From the IMG/VR virus record IMGVR_UViG_3300027796_000194: 64,000 nt of DNA; one strand, written 5' to 3'. Shown one piece after another: positions 1 to 9,733 of the stretch. The position numbers were made by a program, and so were the translations under genes. The notes under the pieces were generated by a model. That model searched no databases. It saw only the letters and a list, made by a program, of their open reading frames with translations, and was not told where the DNA came from. This stretch comes from an uncultured virus (IMG/VR IMGVR_UViG_3300027796_000194) (Duplodnaviria > Heunggongvirae > Uroviricota > Caudoviricetes). Position 1 is the first letter of the stretch. Every line of letters begins with the position of its first letter.

Positions 1-211
1 TGTCAGATATTCTAAATTCAGAAATTCATAACGAAATTATTGCTCCCGTATATAGCAATGTCATTCGCGTCAACAATGCCTTCGCGTAGTTGAGCGGCGA
101 AGCCGCGCAAGGGAGCAAAGACAACCGGCAAGGACGTTTTTTTTGGGGGGGGGGATAGAGAAGTCTTTTTTTGTGGAATAAGTCCGGCTTCGCCCTTTGG
201 GCTATGCCGCG

Positions 212-267
212 GCACTTTTTCGCGAAGCGAAAAAGTGGTGGAGGAAAGCGGAAAAAGATCGAACCAT
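212..267 (-). repeat. tRNA-3'-end-like att relic followed by a hairpin
   Basis: Minus strand reads GGTTCGATC...CCGCTTTCCTCCACCA (acceptor 3' strand with U70/A73, Ala-like). It overlaps the 11-bp inverted repeat CACTTTTTCGC-GAA-GCGAAAAAGTG. No 5' tRNA half is present. Confidence 0.55.
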
Positions 268-350
268 TCGGTGCTGAAAGAGATGGCGCGATGGGGTGCT
301 GTCCTTAGCAATAGCTCAATGATTTCTGCTCATTGCCGCACATCGGCACG

Positions 351-926
351 CTAACCATTAAAATCTTCACTACCGCCGCTTTCTAAATCCTCAATATAGC
401 AATTCAGATTGCCTGAAATTTTATCAAAAATTGGAATTAAGTATGGCTGTAAATTTCTTATGCTTATATCGTTTTCTAAAGGGAAGCCATGATAATGATT
501 TAGATGCTGCTTAATATCATTGGCTTCTGCCGTTTCAATTTTTGAAAAGGGGTCGTCAGATAGATAATTATGAAATTGTGACAGGTGAATAAAGGCACAA
601 CCAAATTTGTATACTGATTTTGTCCATCCATGGCACTTATCAGAAACACCTACCATCGTTTTATCCGTAACATTCCATCTATTTCCGTTCAAAGTTTCCT
701 TGATAAGAGCGTGTCTCTTCTCTTCTGTACAGGAAAGAAGGTATATGATCCTGACCATAGAGTCCAATTCCTGACGTAAAACTGACATGGCGTTTCCAAA
801 AAGATTGTCTCGCACAAGAGCGAGGGTTGCTTTTTTATTCTCAGAAGAGCGGCTCCGAACAATTTGACAAAACCTTTTTAAATCACTCATCGCTGTGTCG
901 GCATTTTCTTTTGACGAAGGGGACAT
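351..926 (-). CDS. Conserved hypothetical protein, possibly HEPN/DUF5677-like helical fold
   Basis: 191-aa ORF from ATG 926. Motifs 'SVLRQELDSMVRIIYLL' and 'YKFGCAFIHLS'. Confidence 0.6.
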   Translation of the reverse strand: MSPSSKENADTAMSDLKRFCQIVRSRSSENKKATLALVRDNLFGNAMSVLRQELDSMVRIIYLLSCTEEKRHALIKETLNGNRWNVTDKTMVGVSDKCHGWTKSVYKFGCAFIHLSQFHNYLSDDPFSKIETAEANDIKQHLNHYHGFPLENDISIRNLQPYLIPIFDKISGNLNCYIEDLESGGSEDFNG

Positions 927-977
927 TTTCCAAGCGCCTTTTAGGGAGAAGATTTTGTACAGTGTATTGTGGTTGCT

Positions 978-1005
978 TGGGCAGGCCAATCGGAATCGAA
1001 CCGAC
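978..1005 (-). repeat. tRNA-3'-end-like att relic (complete T-arm, C73-CCA, His-like)
   Basis: Minus strand reads GTCGG-TTCGATT-CCGAT-TGGCCTG-C-CCA. Confidence 0.5.
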
Positions 1006-1342
1006 CAATACTTTGAGTGGGCTACAGAATACAGATTTCGGTTAACGAGAACGACAATGAATCAAAATTAATCACACTTATCGAACCGCGCAAGTCATTG
1101 CAGCGATTCACAAAATCACCGATTTTGAGGAAAATAAAGTTTTGGTGGATGATAGCTTTACAGAACCGAACTCCGAAGTTCTAAATTCCTTCGCTGCATG
1201 GAGTGCAATCCTATATAAAAACCCAACCATTTCAGCCCATTGCAAGCATCTCCTATAAAGCCCAGAAACCCAACATAATTGGCCGACAACGCCAAAGTTA
1301 ACAAAGATTCCGCTTGAGTGTTTTACAAAATGACACTCGCTT

Positions 1343-1525
1343 TTATCCAAATAGATCGAATGCGTTCCTGTTCGATAAAGACGAATTTCTTTCTCGGTTG
1401 AGTCATAAATCAAAAGCCAATCCGGATCGATATGGCATTTCCAAAGCCCGGCATAATCGCCGGATAGTTTATGGGGATGGTTCTTAAGAGGTAACGGCCT
1501 GTCATCAAAAAGAAGATCAATCCTC
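1343..1525 (-). pseudogene. yafQ: YafQ/RelE-family toxin remnant
   Basis: 'PLPLKNHPHKLSGDYAGLWKCHIDPDWLLIY...LYRTGTHS'. Adding one base after His restores GTHSDLFG-stop. The N-terminus is replaced by the upstream gene. Confidence 0.75.
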
Positions 1526-1981
1526 TTGATAACTCTTCCCATATGCCGTTTCAAAAAGTAACTTAAAAAGTTCTTTTGTCGCAAATGCGCGCTCGGAATC
1601 TCCCGCCTTAGAATAATTAGCAGAACGATTTGCTAGGCTATTTAAAATTTTTGTCAAATAATGAAAGCTTGAAGCCTTTGGTATTAAAAAAAACCCGCCA
1701 ACAGTGCTCACTATCAAAATCACAAAAACAACAATAATGCCGCCGCCCCATCCATTCCCGTAGAATGTGTAGCTAATTAAGGATACAAGGCTAATCACTA
1801 CTATGAGAAATTGAGAGCTCCACGACGGAGGGCTTATAGCATCTTGGAATCCACACGGGTTCACCGCCAAAAAATCTATGGACGCTATTTTCTTCCCCCA
1901 ATAAAGACAAGCCTGACTTCTTTCAATTTGATAACGAAAAACAATGCTCAAAAGCGCGGCTATGATAAACATATAAGCCAT
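1517..1981 (-). CDS. Hypothetical membrane protein (about 3 TM segments)
   Basis: 154 aa with three hydrophobic stretches. Confidence 0.7.
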   Translation of the reverse strand: MAYMFIIAALLSIVFRYQIERSQACLYWGKKIASIDFLAVNPCGFQDAISPPSWSSQFLIVVISLVSLISYTFYGNGWGGGIIVVFVILIVSTVGGFFLIPKASSFHYLTKILNSLANRSANYSKAGDSERAFATKELFKLLFETAYGKSYQED

Positions 1982-2089
1982 TTTAGTGTCCTTTCCTGTT
2001 CCTACAGAAACAGCCCCCCTAAATGCGTAGTTTCATAATAAACATCTCAGAACGAGAAGAACAAATAAGATTTTATGAAGAAATAGTAT

Positions 2090-2215
2090 CCAAGGATGCC
2101 TTCGAATATCATCGAAAAAGTCAGAAAATTCGAACTCCGCAATCCGTTGATTGCAGGCGCATTTCTTGCGTTTTGTGTGAAAAATTCAAGATGGTGGGCC
2201 AAGGGGGATCGAATG
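2090..2215 (+). pseudogene. Relic of the C-terminus of a tRNA-targeting (probably serine) recombinase, ending in a tRNA-end-like att core
   Basis: 'AFEYHRKSQKIRTPQS...KFKMVGQGG' runs into TGGTGGGCCAAGGGGGATCGAA, the reverse complement of a tRNA 3' end. Confidence 0.4.
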
Positions 2216-2574
2216 ACTCGGATTCCCATTTTATTTACAATACGTTACAGGCTTTAAAAAATTGGATACCCCACTTTTGTACCCCCGGACCCGAACGCTG
2301 GAAATTCGAACAGATCGGGTATCGAACCCGTGATCACTTTGCTTTTTTCCACGCTCATGAGTTTAACAAAATTTGTCGATTCAGACAATTTTTTTCTGCC
2401 CTTTGATGGTTGCCTAGGCAAAGTCGTAGTTCAGCAGATTTTCTTTAGTCCCTCCACACGAACCGTCAAAGCAAATGAAAAGCCTTTATTCGAATAATTA
2501 GGCGTCACATACTGTTTTGACAATGCGCTGCCTATATGGCTCGCTTCTGCAAACAAAGGGCTGGCTCTCACCTC

Positions 2575-3531
2575 ATGACCGACTTTCCACCATATAAAAG
2601 GTTTGAGCAACAGATTGAGCGGATTCATCAGTTACTCGAACCAGATGGGACAAAAGTCGTTTGGAATGATCACATTCCAGATCCTGATAATCCGGACCAG
2701 CAAAGACAAATTGACATTGCTATTCGAAAAGATGGTTTTTTAACCATTGTTGAATGTCGCCTTCGCAAAGGGCCACAAGATGTAACATGGATCGAAGAAT
2801 TGATGGGGCGTCGGATAAGTCTAAACGCGGACTCCGTAACGGCTGTTTCTGCATCCGGATTTACTTCTACTGCAAAAGAAAAGGCCACACGATACGGCAT
2901 AATTCTTCGTGATTTAGAAACTGTATCAGATGAAGAAGTTATAGGTTGGGGAAAGAAAAGAAAGATAGCACTGAATTATTGTGAGTTCTCCCATGTCCAA
3001 TGCGTTGCAAAGGTACATATAAGCCCAGTTCCTGCACGCCCAATGATTACAGATCCAAGTGGAAAGACGATTAGCCCGATTGCGTGGAGATTGCTTTTTC
3101 AAGAAGTTATGTTTGCCCTCGACAAACAAAAATGGTCAGGAAAAAGAGCGAGTTTTGATTTGACCGTGCAAAGGCTGTTGCTTGTAAATGGCGTTGAACC
3201 GGATTCAATAAAGTTCACGGGAAAGGCGCGTCGTATAAAAGAGGACATATCACTTGTGTCTGTAGCCGTTTATGCGGACCCCGTAACGTCTAAATCACAT
3301 GCAGAAGTTGGGCATTTTGGATTAGGTTCATCAGAAATAATTGATGCACACGATCACATCTCTGTTGTTGTCGACCTTAGTGCGGTCAAGACTCCAAAAA
3401 GTTGTTGTTTTGAAACGGCCTTAGTGGATGTTGGGCGTGTCGTAAGAACAAAACCATCCTTTATTGGATATGAGCATTTAATTCGTTGTGATGTTCCGGT
3501 GGGGATTAAAGTCGAATTTCTAAAAGTTTAG
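2575..3531 (+). CDS. Mrr-like (Mrr_cat) restriction endonuclease domain protein
   Basis: 'RQIDIAIRKDGFLTIVECR...SASGFTSTAKEKA' PD-(D/E)XK/Mrr signature, plus an unknown C-terminal domain. Confidence 0.75.
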   Translation: MTDFPPYKRFEQQIERIHQLLEPDGTKVVWNDHIPDPDNPDQQRQIDIAIRKDGFLTIVECRLRKGPQDVTWIEELMGRRISLNADSVTAVSASGFTSTAKEKATRYGIILRDLETVSDEEVIGWGKKRKIALNYCEFSHVQCVAKVHISPVPARPMITDPSGKTISPIAWRLLFQEVMFALDKQKWSGKRASFDLTVQRLLLVNGVEPDSIKFTGKARRIKEDISLVSVAVYADPVTSKSHAEVGHFGLGSSEIIDAHDHISVVVDLSAVKTPKSCCFETALVDVGRVVRTKPSFIGYEHLIRCDVPVGIKVEFLKV

Positions 3532-3570
3532 CCGATAAATTGTTGTCCACTTCTTACTTGGAGATAGACC

Positions 3571-6030
3571 GTGGTAAAGAAGATTCAAAGAAAGAAAGTT
3601 CGCGCCGACGAAGTATATCATATGGGCCCCCTTAGAATGGCTCGCTTCGGCGAACTGACCGTTTTTGAAAACAAGATGGATAAAGAAGATTTTGCCAAAA
3701 TGCAAAATCGAGCCAAAAGTCATTTACCAAAAGTTATTCAAGAAGTTGACAGCCTTGTAGGCGAAATTTCGACGCTTATTAGCGAGCTTCCGCCAGAAAA
3801 ACTTCTCCATCGGGCGTGGTGGGAAATGGCGGCTAAGCATGCGAGAATCGAGGCAGAGGTTCAAGTCGGCGAAGAAGAAGGCTTGGCAATGCGCATGATT
3901 GATTATGTGCAAAGTATTGTTGCCGCTGTTCCGCCAGATCCAAATCAGCGTAGTGAGGTAACTGACGAAGAATGGGCCCTGCTTCATACTAAGATAGAAG
4001 CCTTATTTCGAACGCTTAATGTCGAATACCAAATTTGTTTAACCGCCAACAACAAGGGCAACGATCCCTCATTCGATATGAATTTTGAAGAATTTAAGTT
4101 TAAGGCACAGCTTTACTGGATGAACGTTCGCGGGGCGCGATATCAAGTCCATGAACCAGCTTACCTGCGTGATGTGTTTTTACCGCACTCAGCAATTCTA
4201 AAAGAACTGTTTAATATCACCACCGAAGAGTTTGTAGCAGAGATCATTAAAATTTGGCACACCCTCTCTTTTGGGTTGTCTGAGGCAAAGAGCGATTTTG
4301 ATAAATTTCGTGAAGAGTCGCTGGACGCTATACAAGAGAAGATTAATAAGAACCCCCAACTTGTCGGGACGCAACCACATGATTTAATGGCTCTTGTTGT
4401 CAAAGAAAATGGTTGGGAAAAGCGGAAGGATGATATTCTGGAGCGTATGCTTGGGCTGGGCTTGTTTGATGTAGAAAAGATTTGTTCTTTACCGAAGTCG
4501 CTTCTTGACAAGCTTACATGGGGTCAGGGGGAGGCTTCTCATTTTTTTGCTTCGGGAGACTTTGCCGGTTGGCCTCTTAAGATATGGCCAATATTTCAAC
4601 GGCCTTTTATCAAACTGGGAGGAAGGATCTATTGTTTTGACCTATATACCCTACTGGATCACCTGTATCGCGTGATGGAGAAGATTCTTGTAAAAGAGAA
4701 ACAAGAATACCGTGAGATATGGAATGAAACTCAAAAACAACTTTCAGAAGAACTGCCGCTTAAATATCTGCAAAAACTGCTTCCGGGAGCCACCATTTTT
4801 CGATCTATAAATTATCGTTGGTATCCCGACAAAGATAAAAAGAAAGATTGGTGTGAAGTTGACGGAATTTTGATCTATGACGATCACTTGTTCATTATCG
4901 AGGCAAAAGGCGGTGCATTTACATATACTCCGCCAGCGACAGATTTCCCTGCATACGTTAACTCCTTAAAAGAATTGGTGCTAAAGCCAACCAAACAAGG
5001 GAACCGATTTCTTGAATATCTAAACAGTGACACTCGAATTCCTCTTTTTGACAGAAACCGTCAACATATTGGTGAACTTTGTGCCGGGGATTTTAGGCAC
5101 ATCACAATATGCCCAGTCACATTGGATGCGTTTACAGAGTTAGCTGCACAAACTCAGCACTTGCGCAAAATTGGACTAGACGTCGGAGATAAACCAACGT
5201 GGTCCGTCTCTGTTGACGATTTACGCGTTTATGCCGATATTTTTGAGAATCCTTTAATTTTTCTTCACTTCGTCGAACAAAGAATGCGAGCCTTTGGTTC
5301 AGAATATGTTCAATCCGACGATGAGATGGACCATGTTGGCCTTTATTTGAAGCACAATAACTACTCCATGCACGCAAAATCCTTGCATGATGATGTGAAG
5401 GGACATGTTGGTTTTCACGGGTATAGGCTCGATGTAGATAAATTCTTTTCAAGTCGGATGCACAATCCATCCTCACCTAACCCGCTTATTCAGACCATGC
5501 CTGATCGGTTGATGGAGATTGTAAACTATCTATCCAAAAGCAATTTGCGTAAGCGAACAGAGTTAAGCAGTTATTTATTAGACCTTGCTGGGGATTGGCG
5601 AGACGAACTCGCCAGAAATATAAACGAAGAAATTAAAAATCAGCCACAAACACAAAGGCCACTGCCTTTCTCAACCTACGGGAATGTTCGGATAACAGTT
5701 TTTTGTTGGACTCCTAGTTCATTAAAAAAACAAGATGACGCTGGGGCCATAAAACATACTCGCACCGTTATGATGGTCCGGAACGATTCCGAAAGGTTGC
5801 TAGTCGAGCTTTGGTACAATGACGCCGGTGAACTCTACGACTTACGATGGTCAGAAGTGAACTTATTCGGGCTATCCGACGCGCAACTTAGCGATCTGAA
5901 AGCGGAAGCAGAGAAGTTGAAAACCGCCCGGATAAGTAAAGCACGAAAAGTCGGAGGCAAAATTGGACGTAACGATCCTTGCCCATGCGGGAGCGGAAAG
6001 AAGTACAAAAAATGCCATTTACCTCAATAA
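3571..6030 (+). CDS. NERD/PD-(D/E)XK nuclease-like protein with C-terminal SEC-C motif
   Basis: 'EVDGILIYDDHLFIIEAKGG' and C-terminal 'GRNDPCPCGSGKKYKKCH'. Confidence 0.8.
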   Translation: MVKKIQRKKVRADEVYHMGPLRMARFGELTVFENKMDKEDFAKMQNRAKSHLPKVIQEVDSLVGEISTLISELPPEKLLHRAWWEMAAKHARIEAEVQVGEEEGLAMRMIDYVQSIVAAVPPDPNQRSEVTDEEWALLHTKIEALFRTLNVEYQICLTANNKGNDPSFDMNFEEFKFKAQLYWMNVRGARYQVHEPAYLRDVFLPHSAILKELFNITTEEFVAEIIKIWHTLSFGLSEAKSDFDKFREESLDAIQEKINKNPQLVGTQPHDLMALVVKENGWEKRKDDILERMLGLGLFDVEKICSLPKSLLDKLTWGQGEASHFFASGDFAGWPLKIWPIFQRPFIKLGGRIYCFDLYTLLDHLYRVMEKILVKEKQEYREIWNETQKQLSEELPLKYLQKLLPGATIFRSINYRWYPDKDKKKDWCEVDGILIYDDHLFIIEAKGGAFTYTPPATDFPAYVNSLKELVLKPTKQGNRFLEYLNSDTRIPLFDRNRQHIGELCAGDFRHITICPVTLDAFTELAAQTQHLRKIGLDVGDKPTWSVSVDDLRVYADIFENPLIFLHFVEQRMRAFGSEYVQSDDEMDHVGLYLKHNNYSMHAKSLHDDVKGHVGFHGYRLDVDKFFSSRMHNPSSPNPLIQTMPDRLMEIVNYLSKSNLRKRTELSSYLLDLAGDWRDELARNINEEIKNQPQTQRPLPFSTYGNVRITVFCWTPSSLKKQDDAGAIKHTRTVMMVRNDSERLLVELWYNDAGELYDLRWSEVNLFGLSDAQLSDLKAEAEKLKTARISKARKVGGKIGRNDPCPCGSGKKYKKCHLPQ

Positions 6031-6052
6031 TATCAGATAGGGATTTTTCTTT

Positions 6053-6937
6053 ATGAATGAAGACAGCCCAATACCTGATCCACCGTCTTTTTCTGATGAT
6101 GACTTGCGTCGCTGCAAGGAGACGGGAGATTATAAACCCATACTATTTGAGTGGTATAAGTTTGTGGGCGCGATGGCTTTTGTGGTTTGCAACATTCAAA
6201 AAGACTCTCATGCATTCCGCGACGTGCCCGCACAACAGTACCATGTCCTCGTTGGACTAATTAACAGATGCGCAAGGTTGATGTTATCAAATGTTGCCTT
6301 ATCCCACGAAGGCAAGTTCGGAGAAACAACGGCTATCATTGATCGATGCATTTTTGAGAGCGCAATTAAAGTAATCTGGCTTTGTACAAACAATACGCGA
6401 GAAGAATTTGTACGATATTTTGCGGATGGTCTTAAAACTGAAATTGAATTAAAATGTCATATCCAAGTAAACATTCAGTCCAACGGGGGAGCACCGTTAC
6501 CAATCGAAGAACGAATGTTAAAGTCGATTCAGCGACACATTGACGCCGCTGAACTAACGGAAGCTGAAATCACAACCTCCCCAAAGCTCCGCGACTTAGC
6601 ATCAATGATTAACAATCTAGGACTAGACAGACTTCTTTATGTTGTTGCTCAAAAGATTGGGTCACATCACATTCACGGAACATGGCCGTCTCTTTTGTTT
6701 CATTACCTTGAAGAATCTGATGACGGTGCCATAACCAGATTTTGTCCACGCGGCCATGACTGCAAGACCCACATAAATCAGTACATGTTTGTTCCACTCA
6801 TTGTGCTTCACGCCATGGCTGAATACGCAAGGTTTGCACTCGATGAAGATTGTGCAAAGGCTTTTATAACTACTTTCGAATCAACAGATAAGGAAATCAT
6901 GAAGGTGTACTCCCAAGCAGGAGATACTGCTTCATAG
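6053..6937 (+). CDS. DUF5677-like (HEPN-related) protein
   Basis: 'AIIDRCIFESAIKVIWL...SHHIHG' pattern. Confidence 0.65.
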   Translation: MNEDSPIPDPPSFSDDDLRRCKETGDYKPILFEWYKFVGAMAFVVCNIQKDSHAFRDVPAQQYHVLVGLINRCARLMLSNVALSHEGKFGETTAIIDRCIFESAIKVIWLCTNNTREEFVRYFADGLKTEIELKCHIQVNIQSNGGAPLPIEERMLKSIQRHIDAAELTEAEITTSPKLRDLASMINNLGLDRLLYVVAQKIGSHHIHGTWPSLLFHYLEESDDGAITRFCPRGHDCKTHINQYMFVPLIVLHAMAEYARFALDEDCAKAFITTFESTDKEIMKVYSQAGDTAS

Positions 6938-7046
6938 GCCCCTAGAAGAAACATACTACACGAAGGGTTCCTTGTGGCTGTTTTTCCAGTGAAAGCACAT
7001 TAAGGACAACAATAAACAAACGGTACATGTTACATGCGCTGGCTAA

Positions 7047-8279
7047 TTAGCATTTTTTGATATTTTTAAATTTCTTCTCATCACGCTCAAGCTTCCTTTC
7101 TGCCTTCGAAAAAGCTGGCGGAATCATGTCTCGTAATTTGATCATCACATTGCTGCAAACGAGATAGTCGAAATTCTCCTTTATCCCGGAAGCAAACACA
7201 CAAATTTGAGTGAATGTCAGGGCTGTGTTTTGCCCTGCCTCTGTTAGCCCAGCATTGCTGCGTCCCGCAAGCAAGACTGTACGGTCGCCAATCAACCCCA
7301 AACGATAAAACGCTCCATGTACTCCGGCATGAACGTTTGAACTTGCTAAATAATAATAGGAACGCATAGCCTCGAGTTCTGCAACAATTTCTATATCAAC
7401 AAATGTTGGTTTTTTCTTCTTTAAATGGTGTGCAGCCCAGCCATACAGCCCCTTAAACTCATCACCATAAATTTTGATGACGCGGTCATATTCTTTTATA
7501 ACCTTACTTGCTTCCCGCTTAGAGAATGGGGCGTATCCTAATTTCTCATGACATTCCATATATTTCTTTAAACCATTCATTGCCTCGACGGACTGAAAAT
7601 CAATATATCTTTTCGCAATATCCTCTCCAAACTTCATGATAACGCTGAGAACAACATTAATCTCATGTAGCGTTCGCCAGCGAGCCATAGCCCCATCGGC
7701 AAAGCCATTCTCTAATAGACAAATAATTTCTTCGGTAACTTGGCATGCCCGCGCACATAGTCGGACCATGACTTCGCGCAAATGAACCGTTTTGCGGGAT
7801 TTGCTTTTCAGCATGGCTTTATTCGTTTCCCCTAACCACTCGCGGCCAACCGTCAATAGCATCCGCAAAAGATCCAGAGGTTTTCCCCATCGATCTTCCA
7901 AGTTACCTTTGAAGACTCTAATATCATTTTTCTGCTGTTGCTTCTCATCGCTCCACTTAACCAGAAGATCCTCTATGACCCAGCCAGCAGCCTGTTCGGC
8001 AACCTCTCGGACAATCTTTGAAAAAGCGTCGCTTTTTACATAATTATGGAGCTTCCCAATTTTTTCAAAATCTTCTTTTGAAAACGATATTTCTACATTT
8101 CTATCAACTTCATCTCCCTCAAAATGAAAGACGTCGCCGCCCTTCTTTTGAATAAAATCCATCAAATCTCGAGTCAGCTTTGGGTTTTGAATGCCCGCAT
8201 CACTCAATTTGTCGGAAATTATAGACTCAATGGTATCATTGAAAACCCTTTGAAGCACTTCTTCGAGAACCTTGTCCAT
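7047..8279 (-). CDS. DUF5677-like (HEPN-related) protein
   Basis: 'LLENGFADGAMARWRTLHE...YYLASSNVHAG'. Confidence 0.75.
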   Translation of the reverse strand: MDKVLEEVLQRVFNDTIESIISDKLSDAGIQNPKLTRDLMDFIQKKGGDVFHFEGDEVDRNVEISFSKEDFEKIGKLHNYVKSDAFSKIVREVAEQAAGWVIEDLLVKWSDEKQQQKNDIRVFKGNLEDRWGKPLDLLRMLLTVGREWLGETNKAMLKSKSRKTVHLREVMVRLCARACQVTEEIICLLENGFADGAMARWRTLHEINVVLSVIMKFGEDIAKRYIDFQSVEAMNGLKKYMECHEKLGYAPFSKREASKVIKEYDRVIKIYGDEFKGLYGWAAHHLKKKKPTFVDIEIVAELEAMRSYYYLASSNVHAGVHGAFYRLGLIGDRTVLLAGRSNAGLTEAGQNTALTFTQICVFASGIKENFDYLVCSNVMIKLRDMIPPAFSKAERKLERDEKKFKNIKKC

Positions 8280-8477
8280 TTTGCCCCTTTTCGTTTACCT
8301 CCGCCCCATTGATCGCGATGAATGGTTCCCAATTTAAGGTGTGGGTGTCCTATGCACAGTAAAACCTAACCCTTTTTTTGTCACTCTCCGAGGCGTAGTT
8401 GGCAAGGCTACATCAATGGCCTTACCCTTCATTGGTCTCTATAGCACCATTAACTTATCAGCCTTTTCCGAACAGCC

Positions 8478-8493
8478 TTAACAATCCGTTAAC
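8478..8493. promoter_or_regulatory. CtrA-binding box
   Basis: Exact TTAA-N7-TTAAC (TTAACAATCCGTTAAC) in a divergent intergenic region. Confidence 0.5.
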
Positions 8494-8608
8494 TATATGA
8501 TTTTCCTATTACCTTTGCTGTTTTGACGATATTATACGAAAACTACAACGCAGCTTTTTTGATTTTCTTCCCGGCATTGATTTAGGGAAGCCACGGAGTT
8601 TTTTCAGG

Positions 8609-9364
8609 GTGCCCCAACGTACACGCCCCTCAGCCAGCCAGAGACGTGCCCGTAAGTTCTATTACGTGACGTGGGACGGGACTACGCCTGTGCGCCCGGA
8701 TGATCTAATCGGCGGGGTCGTTTATGTCACCAAGGGCGGCAAGGCCATATATTGGGACGAAGAAAAAGACAAGTATGCCTTCGAGGCTTGTTACCTTTCC
8801 AAAACCCCCGAAGAACTTTTCCCCGATGGAAGAAAAAGCATAGCCGTCGCCTTCAATGACACCCGCGAGACTGGCGAGACTATCTCAGCCGAGGATAGAG
8901 AAAGTATTCTTCGAGATTTTCACGGGGAAGAAAACATAGAAGAAATTATGGCTTCGGTTAGAAAATTATCCGGGCCCTTCCGTTCTGTCCCCCCGGAGTG
9001 GAGGAGTAAGCCCCTTGCTTGGCTTGTTCAAGATGACAAACACGTTCCCGGATATGGAGAATGGGCTGGGGTCGTTTATACCTCTGAGGATGGGGCTAAA
9101 CTTATGTTCACCCCCTTTCTTTCAAAGGGAAAGCCCTCTCTCAATGAGACATATTATCTCAAGCTCGATCCTCTGGATTATGTCGAAACCGCAAAGCGGG
9201 TTGACCCTTCGTCTGAGAAAACACCCAATTTTGCCGGTTATTATTCTGAGGTCGGGAAAAGGCGCGACAGCTTCGCGACCCCCAAAGATCGCGCGTGGGT
9301 TGAACGCTGCTTGAAGAATAAAGGCGGCACACCGGCTCCTACAAAAGATATTACGCTCGGCTAA
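8609..9364 (+). CDS. Hypothetical protein with a possible internal duplication
   Basis: 251-aa ORF. 'GGVVYVTKGG...YL' and 'AGVVYTSEDG...YL' are related segments. Confidence 0.6.
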   Translation: MPQRTRPSASQRRARKFYYVTWDGTTPVRPDDLIGGVVYVTKGGKAIYWDEEKDKYAFEACYLSKTPEELFPDGRKSIAVAFNDTRETGETISAEDRESILRDFHGEENIEEIMASVRKLSGPFRSVPPEWRSKPLAWLVQDDKHVPGYGEWAGVVYTSEDGAKLMFTPFLSKGKPSLNETYYLKLDPLDYVETAKRVDPSSEKTPNFAGYYSEVGKRRDSFATPKDRAWVERCLKNKGGTPAPTKDITLG

Positions 9365-9733
9365 TCGTTTCATTCAGGAGAACGACTATGCCGCGCGTTT
9401 GGGTGCTCCCAGAAGACGTCATCGCTGAAATTGATCGCAGGGCTAATAAGCTCAAGGAACGCGCCTTTCCTCGTTAGCCAAGAGCGTTTCTTAGTTGATC
9501 GGCCCGAAGAAATGAAGGGTCCGCCATTTGCCAAGAACTCCGCAAAACATCAAATCACAGATGTTCGAAAACAGAACCGCGAAGTGCGGTTAAATCAAAT
9601 CACGTCGAAAGTTCTTCTTTTGATCGAAACTGAGATTGCCCTTATACCCCCAGCTGACCGTCCGGACTTCATCATTCCGGCTTATGTGAAAATCAGAACA
9701 CCTCGCTAATTTTGTTTGAGATCGAGAATAGTC

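Noticed and set aside
137..155. T/G homopolymer run as a phase-variation tract
   Set aside because: It is not within a credible gene or promoter and may be a sequencing artefact.
5960..6020. secA call from the SEC-C motif
   Set aside because: Only the metal-binding tail is shared; there are no SecA ATPase motifs.
8650..8705. Similarity of 'FYYVTWDGTTPVR' to the immunity-like 'YYLVAGDMPVR'
   Set aside because: Too short to support homology by eye.
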